Below are positions 45,560 through 60,867 of a DNA stretch of 64,000 nucleotides, one piece after another (position 1 is the first letter of the stretch; every line of letters begins with the position of its first letter). The notes beneath the pieces were generated by a model. It had not been told where the DNA came from. It was given only the letters and a program-made list of their open reading frames with translations, and searched no databases. This DNA comes from the human T2T-CHM13v2.0 reference genome, Homo sapiens: the NCBI RefSeq assembly GCF_009914755.1, contig NC_060945.1, one strand, 5' to 3'. Position numbers and translations under genes: made by a program.

Positions 45560-46225
45560 CAAAACTTTTATTTTCTGAGTTATAATTTTTTAATTGACTA
45601 CATGCAGTATTAATTTATTTATTTGACCCAGGCTATCTGGGGTATTAATTTATTTATATTTTCCATTGCTAGGTAAGGTGAGCTCATTCATGTATTTATT
45701 TATTTTAAAACATCTTTGGAGAGTCAACTGTTTACCAGTCATTATGGTAGCATTATGATAGAAATTTGGTTCATAGAGATGAATAAAACACTGTCTTTTC
45801 CTGCCAGGAACTATAAGTTTCATTCAGAGAAGTTACTTATGCAGATTGTTCCAATACAATTTCTAATTATAACCATACTCTCACATTTGGAAATAATTTG
45901 TAAACATGAGGTAATACTAATACAGCACTTCGTTATATTATTTGACTAGTCTGCTTTCAATTTATAGTGATTTCTTCAATGATAAAATATTAGACTATAG
46001 CTTAATTTCAAGCATGTTTGATCTCAAAGGAAGAACTATGAATAAAAATACTTCTATGGGCTTAACACCTACAGGGAGTTTACATTACAGGTGTTTAGCC
46101 TGGATACGTCATTTGATCCTTCTACACTTCCTTTTAATTACAGAGCCCATTATGCGTTAATATACATTATTTTGTAGTTACTTCAGTAATTTATAATATG
46201 TCAAAATTGAGTCCTGAATATGTAA

Positions 46226-46564
<339 letters not shown>

Positions 46565-48003
46565 TTGTTTCTTAAGTTTTAAGAGTGGACAAAGTCTTTG
46601 CTAAAAGATCTCTTATGCTCATTGGATTGTTGTTTTTACAATTTTGACATTTTCACATGTACCAAATTTGTTGTTTTGGTTCTCATTAGCAATGATGCAA
46701 GATTCCCAATTCCAGTCATCTTGTTATTGAACAAATAATGTTAAAATCATAATCCGATTCAAAAATTTATGTTGTGTGAAGCATATTTACTTATAAGATT
46801 CTTTAATGAGGCCTGACCAGCTCTTTCGAGAGAAAACCAAACACAGTGATTCACACTTCATAAACAGACCTTCAATCTAAATGAACTTGGATCATATGTG
46901 AGGTCACTTTGTTGTTGTTTGTTGTTCATCTTCTCAGCATCTCTTCGTTATTGCCAGAAAACTTTGGTGTGCAGCCTGCATATAATCAGGGACAGAAAAC
47001 TGCAGCATAGGCCACCTTAACTGAATTAAAATGAGACAGTGCAATGCAATATGCAGAATTACGCAAGACAAAAATATGAAATTGGCACACAAAATGCCCT
47101 AATAGTCTTTTATTTGTGCAATAACATAGATATGATTTGTCTATTATATTCTAATACTCTTCTGTAAAAATCAGTGTTTCCATATGAAGAATCAAAGACA
47201 CCTGGTCGTATTTAACATTCTGTTGGGGAGAGGGAAACAAAACAAGTGTATTTGGGGTGTGTGTTTAATATTATAATAAACATTTAAAAATTATGTAAGC
47301 TATCATCATAGGTATGTAATCCTTTTTTCATAAGTCTGAGTATATAAATTTACATTTAGTGTTAAAATTCAGCATGGAAAACTGTTATAATTTTTGACAG
47401 TATTTGAATGCAAACAGAGCCGTTTTTAAACTATCTTGAAATGTGGACTTAGAATGAAATGAGTAACATGTTTTAGTGTAGGTAACAAGGTTATGTGGTA
47501 ATTGATAAACAGAAACCCACAATCTTTGTTTTAAAAAACATATAAACTGTTCATTAACAAAGATATGCTTTTACACAAATATTTACAATGATCTTCTTTC
47601 TTCTTCTGTTTGACTTCCTACATTGTCCCAAATTTCAGTTATCTTATTTTTCAGATGAAATCTGTGACAGTGGTCAAGGTGTACTCTGACTTAATCACAA
47701 GCATTTAGTGCAATTCAGAGAACAATAGATTCTTTCTGATGTAAAATTCTTGGTTGTCATGTTGCTAGTGTGCTATTTGTGACCAGAATGGCAAGTAGTT
47801 TTAATCCATACGTCCTTTTTTCTGTGCTGGGATGCCTGCCAAACCTATGTCTGCGGTTAACTTTTGAGGTTGTCAGTTGGAGACAAATTTAGGAGCAGGA
47901 GAACTTAGGACAGTGGATTTGTAGTTAATGCATATGTCACAATAGCATTGCCTTTCAGAATTAGAAAACAAATAGTTATCTTCATAAACTTAACCTTTGC
48001 TGA

Positions 48004-48366
<363 letters not shown>

Positions 48367-48734
48367 TAAATCTGCAATAAATTTAATGTAAACTTGATTT
48401 AATTAAATATGTTGAAATCATATTACATTCTTATAATTATTCATGGTATTCAAATGTCTAAAAATTCCTGCTCTGTAGCTGGGGGTGCAAGACAGCAACA
48501 TTGAAAAGCACTTGTTATCTGGTTTTCTTTCCTATTTCTTGAACATTTACTATGCCAGAATACTATCCTAAGCATTAGCCATGTATTATTTCACTTAAGC
48601 CTAAACATAATCTTTTAAGGTAAATACTTTTACTAACACATTTTACAGATGATGAAAGCAATTCTCAGAAATTTTGTGACTTAGTTTGAAGACAAGGTAG
48701 CCTGATTTCAAAGGGCAGGTCCTTGACTACCACG

Positions 48735-49053
48735 ATATTAATTTTCTACTGCTGTTGTCACAAATTACCATGAACTTAGAGGCATAAATGATACAAACTT
48801 TATCTTACTGTTCTATAGGTCAGAAGTTTCCCTCCTCTTCTGTCATCACGTCTTCATCTGAATGACCTGCCTTTTTAAGGGCTCTTGGGATTGTTTTAAA
48901 CTCACCCAGATCATTCAAGATGATCTCCCCATCTCACGATTCGTATCTTAATCACTCCTGCAAAGACTTTTTGCCCTGTTGAGTTAGGCAACGTTCACAT
49001 GCTCCAGGGATTTGGAAGTGGGCATCTCCAGGGGAGTCATTCTGCCTATCACG
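48735..49053 (-). mobile_element. MLT1 (MLT1D-like) LTR, internally deleted
   Basis: acaaattaccatgaactta...gttctataggtcagaagt...gatctccccatctca...cattctgcctatcac. Confidence 0.7.
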
Positions 49054-51320
49054 ATTATTATACTGACTTTTGACAGTGCCTTCCTTTTAAAATGAGTGGT
49101 ATTAAGGGAGGTAAGTTGGAGAATGTATTACTACTCTCATCTGTGAAGAGCTCCAAAGCGATGATTCAGTATTAATTGATTAGTCAGATAAATAGTAATA
49201 CCATTTAAACACAGCAACTGACTTTGTTTAAAAGTTAGATTATACAGAAATAAAAAATATAAAGGACTTTAAAAAGCTGCATACGTTGTATGGCAAGGAA
49301 TTCATCACCATAATTCTAACTGATAAATATTAATATAGTTATGAATTTAAAATAAAAAAGATAATGACAAGGGCTCAGGTGAATAGATAAAATTTTTCAT
49401 TTTAAATGTTTTATTTTCTGCAGAATGAGAAAGCCCTTACATTAAGAAATACTTGAACTGCATAGTACTTTATTCTTTTTGAAAAATTTTCTAATCTATG
49501 ATTCCTTTTGATTTTTAAATAATCTTGGAGTTAATAGAACTGGAGGCTCTTAAAACCACTTTATAAATATCTCTGTTGAGGTCTGGAAGCTAACATGCAT
49601 TGTTTTACTGTTTATGTTTTGGCCATTTTAAATTTCAAGTTTGCCATTTTATATTGAGTTGTTTTATAACCTGCTCTAATATTTGTAAAGACTAGATGAG
49701 GTATTAATCCCAATAAATAAAATACCTTAAATCGAGACATGAAGAGCCTTAGCAAATTCCTCAGAGTCACACAACTGATTAGTAATAGAGCTTCACCTGC
49801 TACTTGGTTCACTGGACATCAGTCTAAAGTGGTTACTGTTGGGCCCAACCACCTCCCAAATCTAAGACAGAGATTAGTGAGCTATTGGCCTTCCGATTTT
49901 ATTGCCTGTGCAGGTTCATGTGTGTAATATACTAATTGGCAATAAATAGTTGTCTGTTGGTGTGATCTACACCATCTTGGTTTGGTTTTGGAAGAGGAAA
50001 TTTACATCTTATAAAGCTGTAAAGTATGTCTCCAATATGCAAGCAGGCAGTGATGGACGTTGATTTGACAAGCAAATTAAAGCAATATTTAATACTATGC
50101 TGTAAGCCTTTTCCAAATGAACTGAACATTTTTTACCTTAACATTTACTAAATAAATTTTGTCTCTCTCGATATATCTCTCTCTCTCAATCTCACTCACA
50201 CTCTTATACACACACACACACACACTCACACACACATGTGCTTGTGCAATGTCTTTATTTGTAAAAGTAAAAGTTAAATGTTTTATATTATTTCTGTGAC
50301 TTAGGCAGATTTTTGGTTTTTGTTTGTGTTTTTGTAAATCTCTTGTAGAGATCTTAACAGGGAGCATGCTACATACAGGAACATTAAGGCACATGTGGCT
50401 TGATAGGTTTTATCATTGATTAGATATATTTTAATCTAATCAAAGATTATCAGGCACCACTATTATGCCATCTCAATGCAATGGTGAGCGTACGAATTTA
50501 GGAAAAGAAATCTAGCTGTTCTTGAGCCTTTTTAATTAGTTATTTAGAAAAGCATTGGTTACACTCTAAATAACTCTATAAATATTTTCTTAGAAAATGA
50601 TCTTTAGCTGGTGGTGGCATGCAATAACCAGTGATTATGAAAATGGAAATAAATCTAATGCAAATATGTTTTTTATTTATTATTTAGTAAGTAAATTAAA
50701 TTGTAAGTTATGTTTTCTTTAGCCTAATATATAAAATGGCTATTTTAAAAATTTAAACTTCATCATGAGATTTCCTTTATAATGTAGGCTAATAAGTCTC
50801 TATGATCTTTCTTCTAGAAACCACTGGCATTAGTCTGTAAATTACAGGGTACCTATGCATTAGCACCAGCAAATGTTATTGTAATTGCCAGAAGCACCAT
50901 CAGCAAAGTAATACTAATGTCAACATTACATCAGTTTGAAAAGAAAAATATGTGTTGACTAAGCAAATCAAAATAAACCTTTCCATATTTCACATCTAAA
51001 TTCTTCATTTGCCTTAGTTATAAAATATAGATTAGTTCTTAGTTTATTTAAAGAGTATAATTACAGTGCATTATGAAACTATAAGGAATTGTTATTTCAA
51101 ATACCAATTTACTCAAACAATAGAATAGTCAGAAACATAATAATTATCTTATTTGTTAAGGTACATTAATGGTTATTGGTACCTAGGAACAAGCTCATCA
51201 GTATTTTTGTGTGACCTGAATCCCTCATTTTCATAAAATGTATTTAAAACTTTGTCTACATACTTTAGCAAAATACTCTATTTTGTTTCTGGTAGCAAAT
51301 TTAATTGCTAACAGCACATG

Positions 51321-51632
51321 TTTTCTTTCTTTCTTTCTTTCTTTTTGGACAGAGTTTCACTCTTGTTGCCCAGGCTGGAGCGCAATGGTATGATCTCGGC
51401 TAACTGCAGCCTCCGTCTCCTGGGTTCAAAGGTTTCTCCTGCCTCTGCCTCCCAAGTAGCTGTAGCTGGGATTACAGGCACCCACCGCCACACCCAGCTA
51501 ATTTTTGTGTTTTTAGTAGAGACGGGGTTTCACCAGGTGCCAGGCTGGTGTCAAACTCCTGAGCTGAGGTGATCCACCCACCTTGGCCTCCCAAAGTGCT
51601 GGGATTACAGGCATGAGCCACTGCACCTGGCC
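51321..51632 (-). mobile_element. AluSq/Sx
   Basis: Antisense Alu with (CTTT)n tail. Confidence 0.93.
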
Positions 51633-51696
51633 GGTTTCTTGGTTTCATACAAGACGAACATGTGTGCCATATTGTTTTCAGGCACATGGGATAAGT

Positions 51697-54600
51697 TGGC
51701 ATGGGAAAGTTTAAATTTGTCCCCTGAAACTTTGATAATTTAAGTCTATAAAACAAACTGATAGAAGATTAACAGGAAAAAAAGGCATACAAATTTATTA
51801 GCTTGCATATATAGTCACAGGAGTCATACAATATATATAAGCTCAAAGAAGGTCCAGATGGTGGACGCTTAAATATCCTCTTCACTGAGGAGAGTGGAGA
51901 TGACAAAGAGTGGGAGTAAATTTTTTTTCAGGTGAAATAAATGACCTCCCCCCCAAAACAATGGCGTGAGACCAAGTTTCTCTGGGCTTAGGGATGGCAT
52001 CACAGGGTCAGGGACAGTAAGGGGAGGTAAGTATGTGAAGCAAAGGGTGGCTTATTAAGCGGATTAAAATGTCTCAGATTATCTCAGAGCTGCCCTCAGA
52101 AAGAATAGATGGTAGCCTGACATAGAGTTAATCTTTCCTGGATCTGGACAAGAGAGGAGCCACAGAGAAAGCCTGGCTGTTTATTTCACAAATATAGATT
52201 TTTCTCTATAGATGCAAATCTCTTTCACAGAAGGCAGCTTTTCTGAACTATCCCCATCTGCAGGCCCTGTTAATAGTCATCCGAAAGTATGTCAAAGTAA
52301 TATATTTTGGTTTTTTTGTTTGTTTTCTTTAGTCCCCCATTCGAAGCTTTATTTTCAGGAAGTTTTACATATTAAAGTGGGATTGGTACCTTTGGAGAGA
52401 TTTAGGCTAGAGGTTGTGAGATAAGAGATAGGCAAAGGGGGGGGGGAAACAAAGATTGAGATAAGCAGATAAAAACAAGTTTGAGTACCCTAGTTTATAC
52501 ATTCTGGAATCTCCTAGTCCTGAGAATAGGTCAGTTTGTTAAACAGCTATGTCTCATTCTTGGAGTTGGCATTGCAGATTGGCTCCCATCAAGGTTAAGT
52601 CTCTGTATGGCATAATCGTCTCTATATGGTGTAAGCATACACCATATTTCACAAGAGATTTCACAAGAGATTTTTCTGTAGGAGCATACAAAAAAAGGTT
52701 GATGTTTGGAGTATTTTAAGCTAGTTTTTCTAGAAACTCTGAAGCATCTTCAGTTGGAACTGGCAAGCGGTGGCAATCTGACAGATTTTCCTGGGTTGCA
52801 CTTTGAATCAGGTATTCCAGTGAACTTTCTCGGTCGTCCATACATCAACAGGCACAAAGGCTGATACTCAGTTTCTGTAGTGATTTCCACAGAGGTTTAC
52901 ATCAAGGTGTCTTCCTTCAGTTTGTAGGCCTTCAACAAGAGGACAGTTTTAATTTCTAATGATTTTAAATCAGAAAAACGGAAGAAAAATTTCAACTACT
53001 CATTTGGAAAGTTACAGTCAGGTATTGAAAGAAACTTAAGTTTTAGAATTTAGTTGAGTTAATAAAAAACTGAAAAACAATGGATAGGGCTAGAATCTAT
53101 TAACTGGTACACCTTAGATTTCTTCTGAAACGTATTTTTTTTCTCTCCAGTCCCTCATCTACAAAACATATTTATGGCAAGTTTAATTTATTTGTGAAAC
53201 AAGTTTAGTTTCATTAACTTGGCCTAATTATTTGCAGAAAGTATAGTAGAAACAGTGATTTACCATATAGGGGTTTTAAAAGTTACCTTGCTGGAACTTT
53301 TCATAAGAAATCTCAGACTGGACTTCTAAAAGAGTCTCTAGGTTAGGAAACCAGGAGGAGGATTTGCCACACCCTCAAACTTGTCTGTAACAACTGTATG
53401 AATTGGGTAAATTCCTCTCTCCTCAAGGTCTCTAAAATATCTTGAGGTTCTCAGACCTGTCAAAAAGTAGCATTTTTTAATTTAACACAAGGTCAGGGAC
53501 TTTATAAGGGAATTGTATAAACAAGGGACCAGGTTAATCTTTCCAAAGGACTATTTATTGGCTCCATAAATCAACCTCAGTCACTCAAAGCAATCTGGAT
53601 ATATCTGAAAATAGCACATCCCAGTCAAAGCCTTAATAAAATAACTGGTATTTCCAATTGTGTTTGTTACAGAAGAAAACAGATTCTATTGAACTTATGC
53701 AAATAACTATACTGCCATAAAATAAGAATACTCATGGATAGTTATTGAATTCTAGATAAATCAGGTAGAGAGAAAGGTAAATGTTTCAATTTTGCTCTCA
53801 AAAACATACTTTACCCAATTGCTATAAACTATAAATAGCTTAAAAGAAAAGCCTAACTCTAGAAAACAAAACATAAAAATAATCAATGTTTTAAACAAAA
53901 CAGTCATAAAAATCATTTCAGTCCTTCATTAGTTTAGTGCTGTGTAATTAATTCTTGTTCAATTTGGTGTTAAATCTCATGATGTTAGGTTAGCAATATT
54001 ATGTGTCCAGTTTTTTTTCCATTGGATTTCTTGAAATTCTTACCTGGCTCAATTATATGATCTCAAACTTGTCAGAAACTGTATTTAAGAGTATTTGATA
54101 AGAGTGTTTGATAAGAGTATTTGATAAGAGTGTTTTCCATAAAACTGCTTGAACACACACTTTAGGATTTGCAAAGAGCTTTTGGAAGAAAAAAGAAAGC
54201 ATCAGTATAAAGCAGTTTACTTTGGACAAGACTTAAAATAACCATGGTTAAAGACACAATTGACAAATCAACTTATTTATTTTCTGTGGCCTATAGCAAT
54301 TTAACATATCAGATTTGGAGCACATACTAATAACCTATCCATACAAATATAACTCAAAGAAAGTTAAACATTTTTATTTGACAGTGAGTGCTTCCCACAT
54401 AATTTAACATATGAAATAAGCTTTTTATTCTCTTTCTTTTTGGAGCATTAAGGGCCCTCGATAGCGCTCCAAAGTTAGTTTGTAGTAAAAAGATTGAATT
54501 TAGAATTTGAAACTTGATTTTGGGAAGCTTGTCAAATATGTCATGGATTTAAAGCACTTGATCAAAATATGATCCCCACTCACTGTGAAATAATAGTCAT

Positions 54601-55637
54601 TGACTTTGCCAAATTGATAACTAAAAGATTTCAGAAAGTGAAGTCCTTTGCTCTTTGACAGACAAAAGTCTCAGTTTCTGAATAACTCAAGGACTTAATA
54701 AACACAGCAGGAGGCACACAAAATCTGATTCTCTTTCTCTCCCCTCATTTACCTTTCCTGCAGTTTGCCCAAAAATGAGCAAAAATATTTTCTTATCTCT
54801 TATGACACCAAAATGGTAGGGAAGTTTAAGTTTTTCCCTGAAACTTTGATAATTTCTGTCTATAAAACAAATTGATAATAGATTAACAAGAAAAAACCAT
54901 ACATATTTATTAATATGCTTATGGGCACAGAAGTCATATGAAATATGAAAACTCAAAGAAGGACCAGATGGTTGACACTAAAATACTCAGTTCGTTGGGG
55001 AAAGTGTAGATTAGGAGGTGTAGGAGTAAATGATTTTCAGGGGAAATGAATGAAGCCAAAGAACAATGGCCTTGGGACCAAGTTTCCCTGGAGGTGGGTG
55101 GCATCATAGGTTATAGGACAGAGAAGGAAGCAAATCACATGAAGCAAAGGCTTGTTATGCAGACGATAGTATTTCAGATAATTTCAAAGCTGCCCTCAGA
55201 AAGAATAGATGGTAGCCTGAAGTTGAGCTAATCTTTCCTAGTTCCAGAGAAGAGAAGGGCCAAGAGAGGGCCCAAGAGATAAATCCTGGCTGTTTATTTC
55301 ACTAATATAGGTTTTTCTCTACAGAAGCAAATCTCCTGCACAAATGGCAGCTTTTCAGGGTTATTCCTCTCTTTAGGCCCACTAAATAGCAATAGATGTC
55401 AAGTACCTATATTTTGGGGTGAAATGCTTTTTTTTGAGATGGTCTCACTCTGTCACCTAGGCTGGAGTGCAATGGCACACCCACAGCTCACTCCAGCCTG
55501 GACTTCCCAGGCTCAATGAATCTTTCCATCAGTCTCCCTAATAGCTGGAACTACAGGCATGCGCCACCACGCCTGGCTATTGTTTGTATTTTTTGTAGAC
55601 AGGTTTTCCCCATGTTGCTGAGGCTTGTTTTCTTTTA
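51697..55637 (-). mobile_element. Deleted ERV1 provirus, MER34-family: LTR (~51697-52331), internal region, LTR (~54814-55637, Alu inserted near its end)
   Basis: Two ~630-bp direct repeats sharing ccctgaaactttgataattt..gtctataaaacaaa and gctgccctcagaaagaatagatggtagcctga; PBS-like TTTTGGTGTCA next to the right LTR on the minus strand; PPT-like AATGGGGGAC next to the left LTR. Confidence 0.82.
55428..55626 (-). mobile_element. AluJ, truncated
   Basis: Diverged antisense Alu right arm plus part of the left arm. Confidence 0.85.
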
Positions 55638-56763
55638 TTATTAATAGCAAGTGACTATAGCTAAGGTCATGGTATCAAAAAATATTCATGTCTTTCTTAC
55701 ATATGGAATGATATTGGTTATAAAATATAATTTTATACCCATAGTTTTCCATGTTTTCCTGTTATGTTATATGTTGTTATTCTACTTAAAAACTACTAAG
55801 CCAGTTAACAGTTTTAAGAAGACAAATGAATTTATGGATGCTATTCAAAGTCTTCAAATGAGAGAGATTAAATGATTTTTAATTGATTATTCACTTAAAA
55901 GTAGTTTCAGTTTGATATAATTCTTAGTAATAAGAAATGGCAGGCATTTATTTGTAGGCTCTGTGTTAGTATGTGTTCAATAAGAGACAACAGATAAACA
56001 CTAATTTTCTAATTTTCAGCCTAATTGTTAAGGCATCAGGATTACCATAAACCAAAGCATAAAAGTACACTGTAGACATATTACTGGAATTTGGATTTTG
56101 TCAGTTAAAAATTTAAGTTTAAGAGTAGAATGGGTGTATAATGTTAGTTTGAGTGGACTGATTCATTTTGACAGATCCTTTATATACTACATACTTGAAG
56201 TTGGAATTTTAGATTTACTTGAGTAAAATTGGAACATACATGGAAGAATGGTTTAATTTTTTGATAGTGTTGAAGCAGAACGTTCTCTACCTCACAAACA
56301 GAATTCCCATTTTAAGGATATATTAATGTAGACAATCTCAACATTTTGTCTTGTAATAGCTGATTAAGTTAATTTATTCTGCTTTGCACATGCTTTGCAC
56401 ATGACATTATGAAAAATGGGAAGAAAATATATTGGATATGATCCCTCCTCTGTTCTAGCCATAACCCATGGTTTACCTTGAGTTGCTTCTGTTCACAAAT
56501 CTCTTGGGAATTTTTCTGCCGCACTGTTAACTTACCAATTAGCATGATCTAAATCTAAATTCATTTAAATAACTGACAAGGTTGACATTTATTTCCACAT
56601 AAGAATGATACAGATATATAGAAATATTATTTCAGCTGAAATTTTGTATATAAAAGAAAATGTATACTTACTAATTAGATACTTTAAAATGTTTTATTCT
56701 ATGAAAGAAAAAACATATTTGTTGTTTAGAAAATGCAAATCCTGGCCTTCTACTGTCACTCTT

Positions 56764-57137
56764 TGATATGGTTTGGCTGTGTCCCCACATAAATCTCTTC
56801 TTGAACTGTAATTCCCATAACCCCCATGTGTTGTGGAAGGGACCGGTGTGAGGTAATTGAATCATGGGGGCAGTTACCCTCATGCTGTTGTTGTGATAGT
56901 GAGTGAGTTCTTACGAGATCTGATGGTTTTATAAGAGGCCTTAATCCCCTTTTGCTCAGTACTTTTCCTTGCTGCTGCCAAGTGAAGAAGGATGTGTTTG
57001 CTTCTCCTTCCACCAAGGTTATAAGCTTCCTAAGGCCTCCCCAGCCCTGCGGAACTGTAAGTCAGTTAAACCACTTTCCTTTATAAATTACCAGTCTCAG
57101 GAATTTCTTCATAGCAGTGTGAGAACAGACCAATACA
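56764..57137 (+). mobile_element. THE1 solo LTR
   Basis: tgatatggtttggctgtgtccccac...atagcagtgtgagaacagaccaataca. Confidence 0.93.
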
Positions 57138-57514
57138 CTTCTGAAATATACTGATTCATCAAATCCCATTTGACTGTAGACCAAATGCAAACTCAGTGTT
57201 TGTGATCCCCAGGTTTCAATTAGCATGGCTCTGTGTGAGGAATATGAAGGCCGCTAAAACATGGCAGAACCTCTTTCTTCTACAGGAAGACCTTCTTTTG
57301 ATATGTATAATCTTAGAATTGTAACCATTTGAATCACCTTTCCAACAATATCACTAAAGGATATATTTCTTGATCAGAGAAACTAAGACTTAAAACTATA
57401 AGATTTGTTTACTCTATTAATAATCCCCATAAAGAAATATATTTCTCTCACTTGTTATGTAGACTATATGACATGTAGTTAATTAAGAAAGTACATGTAA
57501 CAGGCCCATTTTTA

Positions 57515-57980
57515 TAAACTTATTTCTTCTAACTATATGTTTGCACCCATTAACCAACCTCTCTTTATCCTTCCACTACCCATACACCCTCCCAGCCTCT
57601 AGTACCTATCATTCTATGGTCTACCTTCATGAGATCAAGTTTTTAATCTTTCACATATGAGTGAAAGCATGTGTTATTATTTTTACAAGATTTGCAGTTC
57701 CCTCGAAAAAGATATCCCTTAATAATCCACCATTGGGAAAGAATAAGTTCTAATGTTCAGTAGTAGAGTTGGGTGACTAATATTAACATCAACGCATTAT
57801 ATATTTCAAAATAGCTAGAAGAAAGAACGTGAAATGTTCCCAACACATAAAAATGATAAATGCTCCAGGTGATGAACACCACAAATGCCCTGAATTGATT
57901 ATTACACAGTCTATACATGTAATACAATATCACATGTACCCCATAAATATATGCAAATAAATATTTGTATCAGTAAAAAA
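57515..57980. mobile_element. L1MA (L1MA6-like) 3' end with inverted 5' segment
   Basis: Antisense 3'UTR piece ~57515-57675, then sense terminal piece ~57735-57980 ending in an A-rich tail. Confidence 0.8.
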
Positions 57981-58899
57981 TGTAACTTCAGGGCAAAAGG
58001 ACTATATTCAAATGTGTGCATATTTTGAATTAATATTTAAATAATCATTTGGATTTTTCGTGTGTGAAAACATTACAAATGGAAATGAGAACATTTTTCC
58101 AGGAAACTCGTAACTTTTTTGCCGTAGACATATGCAAATCACTGAAGTTGCCGGAGGGTCACTTATGTGATTCTCTCTCAAGTACAGCACTAAGTGTTAG
58201 GATTGCTTGTTGATACCTAATCCTCAGTCAACATCATAAATCAGCACTTGTCAGATCAGGGAAGCATATTAACTAGAGTTATTATATTTCAAAACAGTTA
58301 GGAGTGTTTTTTATTCTGACAGCTTCCCAGAGAGGGGACTCTGTGATGAGTAGCTGCGGATATTTCATACCAGTGAGGAGGATACACATTGCCAGTTATT
58401 ACTGTTAAGGGCAACCTTCGCTAGCACATTGTAATTCTCTCTACAGTCCTCTATTTTAATTTCTGTCATACCACAACGTTATTTACTCCTCTTACTAGGC
58501 TAACAGCTGCCAGCCATGAAGATTTTTATAGAGTTATAGAATTTTAGAAAGAGGGAAAAAACTGTAGAGGATATCTTACTGAATCTTTAGTTTCCTTTTG
58601 AAGATACTGATGCCTTTTTATTATTAAAGACTCATGAAGCTTTGGCCGAGAGAAGATGTTTAACTCACTTTCTTACCATTACACAACTGACTCCTCACTG
58701 CCAGTTTGAGTTCTGGTGTCCTACTCATTCTCTCTGACTGAATGAACCATGACTTTATGTGTGTGCGTGGGTGTGTATAATTATTTAGATATACGAATAT
58801 ATATATCTTTTCCAGTCTTACTGTACTGGTTTGCATTACAGTATTAAACCAATGGAAACGTCCACTATAGAAATGATGCAATATTCTATAGTAAGTGCT

Positions 58900-59470
58900 C
58901 ACAAGGATATAGGACAAACCTACATGTCCATCAGTAGATGAACAGAAAATATGGTATATATACACAATGGAATACCGTTCAGTCTTAAAAAAAAAAGAAA
59001 TCTTGTCATTCACAGCAACATGAATGAGTCTGGAGGATATTATGTTAAGTAAAATAAGTCAGGCACAGAAAGACAAATATTGCATGTTCTCATTCATATA
59101 TGGAAGCTAAAAAGTTTATCTTAGAAGTAGAGAGTAGAACTAGAGGCTGGGAAATGTAGGTGGGTGGGGTGATAGGGAAAAGTTGGCTAATGGCTACAAA
59201 ATTACAGCTAGTTAGGAAGAATAAGTTCTAGTGTTCTATGGCACTGTCGGTGACTCTAGTTAACAAGAATTTATTGTGTATCTTCAGATAGCAAGAAGAG
59301 AGGATTTTGAATATTCCAAATAAAAATCAATGCCAAATGTTTGAGGGGGTAGATATGCAAATAACCCTTATTTCATCATTACGTGTTGTATGCATGTATT
59401 AAAATATCACTCCATTGCCCATAAATATGGACAATTATTATGTGCCATTTAAAAATAATTATAAGAAAGA
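58900..59470 (+). mobile_element. L1MA 3' end
   Basis: tgtccatcagtagatgaa...ctggaggatattatgttaagtaaaataagtcaggcacagaaagacaaata...gaataagttctagtgttcta. Confidence 0.88.
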
Positions 59471-60578
59471 AAAGACTGAAAAACAACAACAAAACAGAAA
59501 CACAAAGAAAAGAAAGAGCTATCAATTGAAAAGGGTTTTTCTGGTAAATTCACATTTACAAAGGGTCATATAAGAAACATAGAACCTATGATGAATACAA
59601 AATAAGATCATTTCTCTGTAAGAATATTACAGAATTAGTACAGTCTAGCATAAGGTAAGTCTTTTGGACGGTGTTGACAACAATAAAAAGCCACTTGGGG
59701 AAGCCGTGTTATGCTCTCAACAGAATTTTTTCACTCATTAATTGTATAAGTAGCTGATTTTAAATAAAGCAACTATATAGGGTGCTGGTGACAGAAGGTG
59801 GGCAGACAATTCTCTTTAACTTCTTTGAGAGTGATTTTAAGAAGAGATGGTACAAGAGCATTAAAAGTGGAATTAGGTGAGGAGTCTTTAAACAATTACC
59901 TCGTATAAGTGCTTCTCAGCTTCCTTATCTCAACAGGTTACATTAAAGAGTAGTGCCTGAACCTGGTGGGAACATTTTATTATGCAGGCTTTGAAGTAGC
60001 TAGAACATCGTGGTGGTGGTGTAAGGATATGAATATTTTGAGTTTTTCACAAAGTAGATGCAGCAAATTGTAGATTTGTGAATTTGACTTTGCTTCAGGG
60101 AAAGACGTCAGAATATATTATATAGTAACAGAGAGAGAAAGCAAGAGAAAAGTGTATGTGTGTGTCTATTCACAAACACTTGTCCTGAAAGACAGGGGAT
60201 AGATGATTATTCTGATCTTGGTTGACTTCCTTGTTAGTCATCAGACAAATAATTAGGGAAATTCCATATACCTGGTATATCAAGAATATGAGACCAGCAT
60301 TGAATCAGCTTATCTTGTGGCTAAGATGGAGAAATATGGACACAATAATCAATTTGTAACAGGTTGAATGACGATGCCAACTTTCGTTAATTTTAAGTGC
60401 AGTAGAACCCTTCCTAACATATTTTCATGTTTCTTCTCAAACTATAACACATATACAAAGGCAGGGATTATACTATCTATAAAGAATATAAAGTTTGGAA
60501 GATGGGTCAATCTGACTCTACATCAATAGACTGCTCTGTGGAATAAATAGAAATATCTCTACTTGCTTTCTGGGGTGA

Positions 60579-60867
<289 letters not shown>

